Positions 1 through 8,934 are shown, numbered from the stretch's first letter. The stretch is 27,235 nucleotides of DNA from an uncultured Chloroflexia bacterium (GCA_963827985.1 CAWHDI010000015.1:1-27235); one strand, 5' to 3'. Notes: generated by a model from the letters alone, not told the origin. Made by a program: numbers and translations.

Positions 1-1222
1 TAGCCAGGTAATCAGGATAGCCTGAAATTGTGTTTGCTTGATCTGATCATTGAACCTCTCGGCCGAAATATCTATGCCCTGCACTGCAATTATCTCCCCA
101 TTGGAAGAATCTATAACAGGCGCCAGAGGTGTGATCCAGTTGCCCCATTGATCATTATATGTTCCGATGAACTGCGCCCGGCCGGTTCTGAATACCTCGG
201 ATACTTCGGGTGGAGCATCGTTATATACAGTCACGGATGAATGTTCGGGGGACCCGATCGGATCAGAATCCGTCAGTATAATTATCTTGTTGTCTCTTTC
301 CAGTAAAATATAGGTCCAGCGGTAGAGCGGACTTACTTTGCTTATCTGGCGCTGCTGAGCGTATAAGCGTTCGTAGTCCGAAGTGTTCAAATCAGCTTCC
401 GTGCCTGTCATGCCCTTTATCATTGCAGGGTCAATAGCCAAGGCCGCTATATTCGCTTCCCGTACCAGTTCGCCCTTAAGGGAACTTGTCTCGAGGGCGC
501 CTGCAGCAACGGTGCCGATAAAACCACCCACACAAATTGCTGTTAATGCAATTGCAATCCACCACCCATTTTTGTACCGAACTACCCGCTCTCCCAGTTT
601 AACCGCTCTAATGGCATAGTAAACACGATAAAGCTGCACTATCAATACGGCTACCAGCACGGTTTCCGCTAGTATTGCAATATGCATCAGCAACGTGACG
701 TCTACAGGCAATATGTTTCCACCGCCATAGGGAGTGAATAGAATCGGCAAACATATCTTCAATGCCAATAATCCGAAGATTAGGCCCGCAACCGACCTGG
801 CATCTTTTTCTCGAAGATTCCGGCCATTTCTTACCTGCTTGCAAAATAGCGGGGACGACCATGACCACTACCAGGACGCCCATGATAGACTTAGCAGGTT
901 CTCCAAAACCGGGAAAAGTCCCAGCGGCCAGAGCTACCAATATCACGCCGTAAATCCAGTAACCCCTTAACGGGCTCTGATCCACAACTTTCCAGGTGCG
1001 TCCAAACTGGGCCAGTGCGACCCAGCCAAGCCAATCCGTTACCATTTGTAACATGCCCATCGAGGCATGAAGGACGCTGTGATCAACGGTACCCGCCCAG
1101 GCACTTATAACCTGCGTAACGGCAAATAACGCCATCCATCGCCATGGTTTGCTGTTTTTGTCTTCCCTGGCGAGGCTATAAGCTGAATACGCAAGGATAA
1201 GATAAGCTACTCCACAGACCAT
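1..1222 (-). CDS. Multi-pass membrane sensor protein with a periplasmic single-Cache (PDC-like) domain. The N-terminal membrane part is ORF 608..1222. It continues in another frame from about 868 down past position 1, an edge-running frame absent from the ORF track. The apparent frame switch is at the T5 run at 805-809. The C-terminus and output domain lie beyond the window.
   Basis: I translated the minus strand from 600 to 1 by hand. It gives an uninterrupted, protein-like sequence: ...KNGWWIAIALTAICVGGFIGTVAAGAL-ETSSLKGELV...TYNDQWGNWITPLAPVIDSSNGEIIAVQGIDISAERF... The YxDxWGxW...PIxDxxGxxxGVxGIDI pattern is typical of sCache sensor domains. Upstream of it in the same frame lie three more TM helices (IFGLLALKICLPILF, MHIAILAETVLVAVLIVQL, WWIAIALTAICVGG) with positive-inside loops. 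ORF 608..1222 encodes about 5 further TM helices; its listed C-terminal tail (CQVGCGPNLRIIG...) overlaps the sensor frame and is spurious. A single indel in the A5/T5 run joins the two frames with a consistent topology. Confidence 0.55.
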
Positions 1223-1366
1223 GTGAAAATAATTGAATTGATCTACGGCGAGCTGTTCTAAGATAACAGTAACTCCATTATGTTTTTGTCAGTATCCCAT
1301 TAATCCAGCCTGATAACGAGAACCGCGAGTATAGTATTTTGTAACCATCAAGCTCATAACAGGATG

Positions 1367-1414
1367 ATCCGATTGACAACAGCTTACAGTTGACTCTATG
1401 CTATCCGATTGACA
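1367..1414 (+). promoter_or_regulatory. Direct repeat ATCCGATTGACA x2 (1367-1378 and 1403-1414) plus a third TTGACT at about 1390. Candidate -35 elements or a regulator-binding array in the divergent sensor/lipoprotein intergenic region.
   Basis: Exact 12-nt direct repeat 36 bp apart. The TTGACA copies sit 18 and 17 nt upstream of TATGCT and TATCTA. Confidence 0.4.
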
Positions 1415-1452
1415 GAAGAGAATTAACGCTCTATCTAAATCTTTAAAGCAGG

Positions 1453-1458
1453 TATAAT
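1453..1458 (+). promoter_or_regulatory. Consensus -10 hexamer TATAAT located 7 nt upstream of ATG 1466 (leaderless-type promoter)
   Basis: ggTATAATcatgcgtATG. The predicted TSS coincides with the A of ATG 1466. Confidence 0.4.
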
Positions 1459-1465
1459 CATGCGT

Positions 1466-1964
1466 ATGTTTATATTTAAAAAAACTGTTTTCATATTGCT
1501 CGCGTTGCTAACAGCCCAGCTGAATAATTGGCTGCGCACCGGCAATTTCCCAGGAGCAGTACAATTCAGTGCAGGCCGAGCTGAAATCTACAAAGGAGCA
1601 ACTGGCTGCAGCCCAGGCGCAGTTGGCCAGCCTGAAAACACAATCGGTCCCGGTCTCAAAGGATCAGCTTGAACCGCCCAGGAAAACCCTGGCGGCATTG
1701 AAGCCTTATCTTGATTTAGATTTATTGATACTGGATGAAGAACTAACTCTCAGCCAGCAAAATACAAAGGAAATAACGGTCTCTTATGCCAATATGCAGT
1801 ATGCGGAACAAAGAAACAGGCTGAATGACCTGCTGAAAACATTTGATGATAAAGAATTTGCAAATGCGGTCAACTTAGCGTGGTCCGATTCCCAGGATTC
1901 AAAATGCAAGGTGGGAAGCCTGGACTCTGACTTACAGTACTGTACGCAACAGACTGAAAACTGA
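1466..1964 (+). CDS. Coiled-coil lipoprotein of unknown function. The signal peptide (ORF 1460..1672 frame) and the mature part (ORF 1569..1964 frame) are separated by an apparent 1-nt frameshift at about 1523-1524.
   Basis: Frame 0 gives MRMFIFKKTVFILLALLTAQL..., a classic signal peptide n/h region. Skipping one nt at 1523 gives -IIGC-APAISQEQYNSVQAELKSTKEQLAAAQAQLASLK... That is a lipobox (I-I-G-C) exactly where one is expected, followed by a Q/A/L-rich coiled coil. The strong TATAAT 7 nt upstream of ATG 1466 argues that 1466, not 1460, is the start. Confidence 0.5.
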
Positions 1965-2250
1965 CTTTGATACACTTTCGAAGCAGCTAAACCCTTAGGG
2001 TCCTGGATCACGGGCTTGCTATTACGCAACTGATAAAGCAACCACCCATGGGCTTACATGAGGTAGATTTTCATCTGTGGTTTGCTTCCAATAAGGCATA
2101 GTGCTACGGCCAAAATGATCGACAAAATGTCCCGCGGTACGTTATGGCCGATCAGAAGCGCCACGCTTTAAGCCGTCTTACAGGTCTTCACTATTGACCA
2201 GACAACAAGAGGACGGGCATACCGTTTTGTACGTTCATCGGTTCGGCAGT

Positions 2251-3918
2251 CTACTTCTGCAGCATATCGCGTAGCTCACGCTTGAGAACCTTCCCCACCG
2301 AGCTCGTGGGCAACTGGTCCATAAATACAAGCTTCTTGGGTACTTTATAAGCCGCCTCACGCGCCTTAATGAACTCTATAATGCTGGCGCTGGTCGTATC
2401 GCTCTTCTCTATGCCCGGCTTTAGCACCACGGCTGTGGCCACCAGCTCGGACCCGGGACGGTTGGGATCGGGAATGCCGACGGTTGCAGCCATCGCTACA
2501 TCGGGATGCTCCGTGATGATATCATCCAGCTCGCGGGTGAAGACCTTGAACCCCGACACGTTGACCATGTCCTTGAGCCTGTCGACCATCCAGAAATAAC
2601 CGTCCTCGTCCATCCGCACGATATCGCCGGTATAAATCCACCCGTCGCGCAGGGTGTTGGCAGTTTCCTCCGGCTTGTTATGATAGCCCCTGGTGAAAAC
2701 CTGCGGCCCGCGGGCCACGAGTTCGCCCGACTCTCCCTGCGATACTATCTCCTTGGTCACGGGGTCAACCACCTTTATATCAGTGTCTGGGTAGGGTATG
2801 CCGGCCGATCCGGCTTTTTTCATACCATAGCGCGGCAAACTCGTCAGTATTGGACTGGTCTCTGTCATGCCAAGGACCTCGACGACTTTACCCTTTCCGA
2901 CTATCGATTCGAGCTCCTTGATATTTTCTGGAGGAAATGGGGCCGCACCGCTCAGGCAATAATCAAAATTCGAGAAATCGATTTCCTTGAAAGCCGGCTG
3001 TCGGGACAACTCGATAAATATGGTAGGTACATTAACCAGGATAGTGGGTTTATGAGCTTTTATCAGGTTGATAACGCCAGCAATGTCCCTGGGATTGGCA
3101 ACTGCCACCTGCGTGTTGCCCATGGCCATGTTCCACATGCCCAGAGCAAGTCCCGCCTGGTGGAAAAGTGGAAACGCCGACAGCACCGTTGTAGATCCCA
3201 TCCCGGCATCCAGCCAGGTTGTGATCTGCACAATGTGGTGCACCATGTTGTTGTGCGTAAGCGTCGCACCCTTGGATGGCCCCGTCGTGCCTCCTGTATA
3301 TTGCATCAGGCAGCTGGCGCCGGGATCGATTCGCAATTCAGGCTGAGTTACCGGGTATTTATGGACGATATCCATAAAGTGCTCGATGTTTATGCCAGGA
3401 AGCGATGGCAGGGTGCCTGGGATGCCAGGCTTATCAGCGGGCAGGAAATCAGCTATACCGACCATGGCCACCAGTTTGACCCCGGTATTGCTTACTATTG
3501 CTCCGGCGTTGCCCCATAGAAGGTCCATAGCCACCAGAGCCCTGGCGCCGGAATCGTTTAGCTGGTATTCCAGCTCCCTCTGTGTGAGCAAGGGGCTTAC
3601 GCCTGTGAGCACACACCCGGCCTTTAATATCCCCAGGATGGAGACATAATACGCCGGTACATTGGGCAGGTTTACACCCACAACGTCGCCCGGCTTAAGT
3701 CCCTTCTCCTTGAGGAAATTTGCAAACCTGTTGGACATGATGTCCAACTCGGCGAAAGTTATGGGCAGCCCGGCGTAGTAGACAGCTACCCTGTCCTTCA
3801 CCTTCTGCACAGTTTCCCGGAAAACTTCTGAGTATAACTTGTTGGGATACTTGAGTTTTTCCGGGACATGCTTATCGTAGTGCTTGAGCCACGGCTTTTT
3901 GTTGTACGGATCCTCCAT
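2251..3918 (-). CDS. Long-chain fatty-acid--CoA ligase / AMP-dependent acyl-CoA synthetase (adenylate-forming ANL superfamily)
   Basis: 560-aa ORF. It carries the AMP-binding signature YTGGTTGPSKGATLTHNN and ANL-family core motifs. GGAGG lies 6 nt upstream of the internal ATG (MEDPYNK...), so the annotated start is 3918 rather than the TTG at 3933. Confidence 0.9.
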   Translation of the reverse strand: MEDPYNKKPWLKHYDKHVPEKLKYPNKLYSEVFRETVQKVKDRVAVYYAGLPITFAELDIMSNRFANFLKEKGLKPGDVVGVNLPNVPAYYVSILGILKAGCVLTGVSPLLTQRELEYQLNDSGARALVAMDLLWGNAGAIVSNTGVKLVAMVGIADFLPADKPGIPGTLPSLPGINIEHFMDIVHKYPVTQPELRIDPGASCLMQYTGGTTGPSKGATLTHNNMVHHIVQITTWLDAGMGSTTVLSAFPLFHQAGLALGMWNMAMGNTQVAVANPRDIAGVINLIKAHKPTILVNVPTIFIELSRQPAFKEIDFSNFDYCLSGAAPFPPENIKELESIVGKGKVVEVLGMTETSPILTSLPRYGMKKAGSAGIPYPDTDIKVVDPVTKEIVSQGESGELVARGPQVFTRGYHNKPEETANTLRDGWIYTGDIVRMDEDGYFWMVDRLKDMVNVSGFKVFTRELDDIITEHPDVAMAATVGIPDPNRPGSELVATAVVLKPGIEKSDTTSASIIEFIKAREAAYKVPKKLVFMDQLPTSSVGKVLKRELRDMLQK

Positions 3919-4077
3919 TTTCTGCCTCCTCAATCTGCCAAATTAAGCAAATATGCGATTACTCGCACATTGTACCATACGTCGTTAACAATTGCTGAAC
4001 AACTTGGATATATAATTAAGGATGAGATATTGGCATTTCCGGAATATCTGAGATTGAACTAATTTGGAGGGAGCACG

Positions 4078-4827
4078 ATGAAACAGCGATTTATATCCGC
4101 AGCAATCTTGCCAGCGGTCCTGTTACTGATAATGGCAGCTTCCTGTGCACCGGCGGCAACGCCTGCCAGCACTCCCACTCCCACTCCTGCTCCCGCTCCT
4201 TACACTGCTCCGGCTACACCCCCGACGCCGACGCCCACCGTGACTTTGCCGCCGGCCTCGACGCAACACCAGCGCACCAACGGCACCATTACCAGGGTCA
4301 GTGGCGACACGTTAACCCTGTCGACGACGCAAGGACCAGTGACGGTGAAGATCAGTTCTGATAATTTAACTATTCAGATTCTCGGAACCGGCAGCATTGC
4401 GGACCTTCATACTGGTCAATCCCTGATTGCCGTTGGCCCCCAGGATTCAAGCGGTAACATCGCTGCAACTTCTATTATTATCCGGCCACAAACCCAGGGC
4501 GCTCCCCCAACCTCGCCTGATGCATCAAGTCCCGCAAACCCCAGGTCGTCCCCGCGCACCGGCGCGAGGCGCGGCGTCAGCGGCACTCTCACCAAAATAA
4601 ACGGCAGAAGCTTGACAGTCACCAGTGATCAAGGGACAGTGACGGTTAACGTCGCATCCGATGCCACCATCCAGGAGAGTACAGCCGGCACAATTTCAGA
4701 CCTCGCTCAAGGGCAATCTCTGATCGTTATAGGGTCCCAGGATGCCGGCGGTAACGTCACTGCTGCAATTATCATTATCATGCCGCAGGGACAGACCGCT
4801 CCACCAACCCCATCCTCCGGATCATGA
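4078..4827 (+). CDS. Secreted/lipoprotein with a Pro/Thr-rich linker and two tandem DUF5666-like beta domains
   Basis: GGAGG RBS precedes the ATG. Signal peptide MKQRFISAAILPAVLLLIMAASC-APAATPASTPTPTPAPAP. Two ~85-aa internal repeats: TNGTITRVSGDTLTLSTTQGPVTVKISSDNLTIQ...GQSLIAVGPQDSSGNIAATSIIIRPQ versus VSGTLTKINGRSLTVTSDQGTVTVNVASDATIQ...GQSLIVIGSQDAGGNVTAAIIIIMPQ. Confidence 0.7.
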   Translation: MKQRFISAAILPAVLLLIMAASCAPAATPASTPTPTPAPAPYTAPATPPTPTPTVTLPPASTQHQRTNGTITRVSGDTLTLSTTQGPVTVKISSDNLTIQILGTGSIADLHTGQSLIAVGPQDSSGNIAATSIIIRPQTQGAPPTSPDASSPANPRSSPRTGARRGVSGTLTKINGRSLTVTSDQGTVTVNVASDATIQESTAGTISDLAQGQSLIVIGSQDAGGNVTAAIIIIMPQGQTAPPTPSSGS

Positions 4828-4861
4828 CTTACAATTTGTCCATACAGTTATTACCATTGTT

Positions 4862-4884
4862 AAATCTGATCGTCCATCAGATTT
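4862..4884 (+). other. Perfect 9-bp inverted repeat AAATCTGAT-cgtcc-ATCAGATTT (AT-rich hairpin or protein-binding palindrome) just after the DUF5666 gene
   Basis: Seen directly. There is no T-tail, so it may be a binding site rather than a terminator. Confidence 0.3.
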
Positions 4885-4930
4885 AGGAGGAAGCAGGAAA
4901 CTTCTCAGGCGACGGCCTTAATTTAATAGG

Positions 4931-4939
4931 TGGTATAAT
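4931..4939 (+). promoter_or_regulatory. Extended -10 promoter (TGgTATAAT) for the 4980 secreted-protein gene
   Basis: gTGgTATAATtacagg lies about 40 nt upstream of the start, with GGAGG between. Confidence 0.4.
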
Positions 4940-4979
4940 TACAGGGACAGGACAGAAGCGTACAGGAGGTGGCGCAGTA

Positions 4980-5372
4980 ATGTTAAAAAAATATTCATCG
5001 GTGCTGGCGATAGTCTCAATGGGTATTATCACATTACTGCTCATGATTCCCCTGGAAGCAAAGGCCACAGGCAATATTTCTATTGATCCTATCAGCGGTA
5101 AAGCAGGGTCGAAAATAGATGTGACCGTTCAACTCGAAGACACGTTCATGACAGTTGACGTCTTTTTTGATACCAACAACAATGGAACTTGGGACGAGGG
5201 GGAACCGGGAGATTCAGTCTCTCAATGGTTCACAAAAACACGGAAAACCAGCCTGTATGTGCCTGCCGCAATAGATCCTGGAACGTACACTATTATCGCA
5301 GAAACCTCAGACGACAGGGCGGCCTTTGGCTTGAATTATACCTATACAGCCAAGTTTACAGTAGTAAAATAA
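4980..5372 (+). CDS. Small secreted protein (about 100-aa mature beta-sandwich-like domain), function unknown
   Basis: AGGAGG RBS with 8-nt spacing. N-terminal signal peptide MLKKYSSVLAIVSMGIITLLLMIPLEAKA. An extended -10 (TGgTATAAT) sits about 45 nt upstream. A terminator-like hairpin plus T-run follows at about 5403-5446. Confidence 0.6.
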   Translation: MLKKYSSVLAIVSMGIITLLLMIPLEAKATGNISIDPISGKAGSKIDVTVQLEDTFMTVDVFFDTNNNGTWDEGEPGDSVSQWFTKTRKTSLYVPAAIDPGTYTIIAETSDDRAAFGLNYTYTAKFTVVK

Positions 5373-5402
5373 GATATGCACTAATCCAGGAAACTAATAC
5401 CT

Positions 5403-5446
5403 GCGGCCAATATCGTATGTCCAGCTATACGTCCGGCCTCATTTTT
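5403..5446 (+). terminator. Candidate intrinsic terminator for gene 4980..5372
   Basis: gcGGCC-aatatCGTATgtccagctATACGtcc-GGCCtcaTTTTT: an imperfect stem followed by a T5 run. Confidence 0.35.
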
Positions 5447-5492
5447 GATCATGAACTTCTGCACGCAGAGCTTTAGCTATGGTGCGGGGGGC

Positions 5493-6737
5493 CTACTGGT
5501 ATCTCAATGCTTCGATGGGGTTGAGACGCGACGCCTGCCAGGCGGGATAGAAGCCGAAGAACAGCCCGATTGCAATAGATACCGAGACGGCCAGCACAAC
5601 GATGTCTGCGCTGACGACCGTGGTCATAGCTCCGAACTTCGACACCAGAATTGCTGCTCCCCATCCTAATATGACGCCGATAATGCCGCCGGCAAGCGAA
5701 AGAAATGCCGACTCTATCAGGAACTGGACCCATATGTCCGTGTCCTTGGCGCCCAGTGCCTTACGGATACCGATCTCCCTGGTCCTCTCCAGCACCGAGA
5801 CCAGCATAATATTCATTACACCTATGCCGCCGACGAGCAGAGAAATTGCAGCTATCGCTCCGAGCAGCATCGTGGTGGTGGCCATTGTATCGGATACGGT
5901 GCTGGCCACTTCCTGCATCGAAGTGATTGTAAAGTCGTTAGCCGCCGAGGCGATCAGGCGGTGCCGCGTGCGCAGGAGGTCCGTGAGCTGCTGCACGGTA
6001 GAATCGCTGTTTTTTGCGTCCTTGACTAACAGCGAAATGGAGGATATGACCTGCTCCCCGCGTGCGGTGCGCTGCTGCGCCACTGCCTGCTGCATGGCGG
6101 TGAGCGGAATAAACACCATGTTGTCAGGCGATCCGCTGACGGCGCCCTTACTGGCCAGCACGCCGATCACGCGTACGATGATAGTGCCGAGCCTCAAGTT
6201 CTGCCCCAGCGGGTCATTAGCACCGTAAAGCGTCTGCGCTACGGTGGCCCCCAGGACGGCCACAGCAGTGCCGTTTTGATAATCGTAATCGGAGAAGAAG
6301 GTGCCGCTGGTCGTACTCAAATTGTATACCGTCATGTAGGACGTATTTGTGCCTGTGACCTGCGCATTCATATTCTGGCTGCCGGCGATCAATTGCATGT
6401 TTTTGGAAGAGATCGGAGCCACTGAAGTGACCAGGTCGGTTTCCGCCGCGATGGCCGTAGCATCTTCCAGCGTCAAACTCGTGGCGCTGCCGGCTGCGCC
6501 TCTGACTCCACCGGCGCCCATCTGTGATCCGGGGGTGATCATCATCAGGTTCGCCCCGAGTGTCTGTATCCTGGCAAGTATGTCTGCCTCGGCGCCTTTG
6601 CCGATGGACATCAGGGCGATCACCGCGGAAACGCCGATGACGATCCCCAGTATGGTCAACATGCTGCGGAGTTTGTGAGAGGTGACGCCTCCCCAGGCGT
6701 TACGAAATGGCCTGAGCAGCTTAGTGTACTTTTTCAT
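5493..6737 (-). CDS. ABC transporter permease, MacB/FtsX family (MacB periplasmic domain plus FtsX 4-TM domain)
   Basis: The N-terminus [46 protein letters not shown] is the canonical MacB permease start. The C-terminus [10 protein letters not shown] is a typical FtsX end. The start overlaps the upstream ATPase gene by 17 nt, as expected in an operon. Confidence 0.85.
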   Translation of the reverse strand: MKKYTKLLRPFRNAWGGVTSHKLRSMLTILGIVIGVSAVIALMSIGKGAEADILARIQTLGANLMMITPGSQMGAGGVRGAAGSATSLTLEDATAIAAETDLVTSVAPISSKNMQLIAGSQNMNAQVTGTNTSYMTVYNLSTTSGTFFSDYDYQNGTAVAVLGATVAQTLYGANDPLGQNLRLGTIIVRVIGVLASKGAVSGSPDNMVFIPLTAMQQAVAQQRTARGEQVISSISLLVKDAKNSDSTVQQLTDLLRTRHRLIASAANDFTITSMQEVASTVSDTMATTTMLLGAIAAISLLVGGIGVMNIMLVSVLERTREIGIRKALGAKDTDIWVQFLIESAFLSLAGGIIGVILGWGAAILVSKFGAMTTVVSADIVVLAVSVSIAIGLFFGFYPAWQASRLNPIEALRYQ

Positions 6738-7405
6738 CCTTTTCCACCATGCCGTCCTTGATATATATGATGCGCTGGCAATGCCGGGCAATGTGTGGAT
6801 CGTGGGTAATCATTACCAGCGTGATCTTTTGCCTTTCGTGAAGCTCGGTGAGCATGTTGATTATCTCGTCGCCAGCCTTGCTGTCCAGATTGCCTGTGGG
6901 CTCATCGGCCATTATCACGGGTGGGTTCTTGGCCAGGGCGCGGGCTATGGCTACACGCTGCTGCTCGCCTCCGGAAAGCTCCGTGGGACGGTGGCTCGCC
7001 CGGTCGGCCAATCCGACAACCGTAAGCGACTCGCATGGCCAACTTAAAATCTTCGGCGTCCGCATACTCCATGCCCAGCTTGACGTTAGAGAGCGCCGAC
7101 AACTGGGGTAACAGGTTGAACTGCTGGAAGACGAACCCGATTTTCTGTGCCCTGATGTGAGCCAGCTCCCTGCTATTGAGTTTGCTCACCTCCTGGCCGT
7201 CGAGAGAGTAGGTGCCGGAAGTCGGTACGTCCAGGCAGCCCAGGACGTTAAGCAGAGTTGATTTCCCGGACCCTGAGGGACCCATAATGGCGACAAGCTC
7301 CCCTTTTCCTATCGTGAAACTTATGCCCTTTAATATCTGGAGCTGCCTGTCCCCGATAGCGAATGATTTTTGGATATCGTGCAACTCGATCATCGGGTCG
7401 ATCAT
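6721..7405 (-). CDS. ABC transporter ATP-binding protein (MacB/LolD-type), interrupted by a 1-nt frameshift at about 7030-7037
   Basis: ORF 6902..7405 carries Walker A (GPSGSGKST). ORF 6721..7065 carries the ABC signature [15 protein letters not shown], Walker [13 protein letters not shown] and the H-loop ITHD. Removing one C in ...gcc atg [c] gag tcg ctt... restores ...[20 protein letters not shown]..., the expected sequence. The ATG overlaps the MFP stop (TGATG). Confidence 0.8.
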
Positions 7406-8780
7406 CAGGGCAAACGGACCCCGGGGATCGAAGTGGTCGGCCCCCTTTGCTGTTGAGTGGTGGTCGTCCTTTGTTGCGAGCTGGTTGTGGTGGTCGTGGC
7501 GGTAATGTTGGTCGCAGTAGATACCACGTCCCCCTCGTTAAGGCCGCTGATGACCTCCGTATTCTGGCCGTCGGTGATGCCCGTCTGTATCATTTTCTCC
7601 GTGGTAGTTCCTCCCGACACCACCTGTACATAGTATCTTCCGCTCCGGCTGGTAATCGCTTTGTTGGGCACCAGGAGGATATTGGTCCTCTGTTCGGCCG
7701 TTATGCTGACGGTAACGGTCAGGCCTTCCCTCAAGCGGAAGTTCTGGGGCACGGTTGCTGCCGCTGTCTGGCCTGTAAATGAACTGCCCGTGTGAAGTTT
7801 GACCGGCGGCCGTCTGATTGTCGGATGTGCCGGCCGGAAGACGTCTGCCGGGAAATTGTCCGATTGCCGGATGGTACCTGGCTGCCGGACTGCGAATTGG
7901 CGGCCGTCTGCGCTGTTCCCGTCTGCGTTCCAGTACCGGATGGCCTGGTGCGGGCCGACGCAGTCGCCGAGGCCGTGCTAGCCGTCGCTTGCGCCCGGAG
8001 TGTAGCCGCGGTCACAGGGTCCATCTGTACGGTCACCTGGTAGTTCACCACGTTTGATTGAATGGTGGGTGATTCTGCTATGAGCGCGACTTTGCCGGGA
8101 AACGTATACGTGGGCAGGGCAACCGCCTGGACGGTGGCCGGCGTGCCTATGCTCAACTCGTATATCTCCATCTCGTTAACCAGCACCACGACCTGGAAAT
8201 TGACCGGATCGATGATGCGCACGCCGACGGCATTGGCGGAGACCTGATCGCCAACCACGACATTTACATCCGTCACAAGCCCGGCGAAGGGAGCGGTAAT
8301 GGTGGCCAGGTCCAATGTCTTTTGCGCCTCAGTCTGGTTAGCCTGGGCGTTCTGCAACTGCAGTTGCATGATCTCGATATCAAGAGGATCGGGAGCTGAG
8401 ATAACCGTACCGGAGGAATCGGTCTTGGGCTCCTCTGCGTTTTCCAGGTTCATCTGGGCCGTTTTCACACTTATCTCGGCCTGGGCCAGGGAGCTTTCCA
8501 GGGGAGCGGTATCGAGTTTTGCCAGGACCTGTCCCGCTGTCACGTTGTCGCCGATTTTTACCAGCACCTGCTGGACTGTACCCGACGAGTAGAATGCGAG
8601 GTTTTGCTGGTTGGCTGTCACCAGGTTGCCGCTGGCCAGGATACTGATATTGAGATTTCCGCGCTGGACCGTGGCAGTCTGGTCGGCCGCCGCCGGATTG
8701 GCTTTTGAAGTACAGCTCAGTGCAAGAGCTGCAATGAGCAGGACCAGGATTGCGGAAAATATTGTTTTGTATTTTCTCAC
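7405..8780 (-). CDS. HlyD/MacA-family periplasmic adaptor (membrane fusion protein) of the efflux operon. It is interrupted by one or two frameshifts inside a GC-rich low-complexity linker at about 7760-7990.
   Basis: ORF 7731..8828 reads signal/lipobox MRKYKTIFSAILVLLIAALALSC (GTG start at 8780), a coiled-coil hairpin, the lipoyl motif TITAPFAGLVTDVNVVVGDQV and the beta-barrel domain. ORF 7405..7752 (NFRLREGLTVTVSITAEQRTNILLVPNKAI...) is the MFP C-terminal membrane-proximal domain. All three frames between them read as an S/T/G/Q-rich linker, which implies indels. Confidence 0.75.
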
Positions 8781-8890
8781 GCTGGACGGCCTGGCGGATT
8801 GGTTTATCAAATGAGTCAAGTCTAGCACTATAACAGTCTATGTGAAAAATATTAGGATTTTATTAACTACATATGCGTCATTAACATCTG

Positions 8891-8907
8891 ATTAACAATC
8901 GGTTAAT
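8891..8907 (+). promoter_or_regulatory. Palindrome ATTAAC-N5-GTTAAT with two further direct ATTAAC copies upstream (about 8863 and 8880), in the divergent region between the efflux operon and the BNR gene. Candidate operator.
   Basis: Seen directly. Efflux operons are commonly repressor-controlled by AT-rich palindromes of this kind. Confidence 0.3.
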
Positions 8908-8934
8908 ATTTTTGGTGTATGATAACACCGGGTT

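Noticed and set aside
608-800. C-terminal ~65 aa of ORF 608..1222 (CQVGCGPNLRIIGIEDMF...)
   Set aside because: It overlaps, in a different frame, a clearly protein-like TM+Cache reading frame. It is Cys/Arg/Trp-rich. I interpret it as read-through after a frameshift, not real sequence.
2506-3519. 337-aa ORF on the + strand
   Set aside because: It is entirely antisense to the well-supported acyl-CoA synthetase gene. It has an R/H/G-rich composition typical of antisense frames and no motifs.
5602-6228. 208-aa + ORF inside the permease gene, and + ORFs 6349..7047
   Set aside because: Antisense to the MacB/FtsX permease and ATPase. Low-complexity A/S/T/R composition and no start context.
7790-7990. 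Possible small repetitive or mobile element inserted in the MFP gene (12-nt direct repeats, very GC-rich)
   Set aside because: All three frames translate to the same S/T/G/Q-rich linker-like text continuous with flanking MFP domains. There are no terminal inverted repeats or target-site duplication. A native low-complexity linker with indels is more likely.
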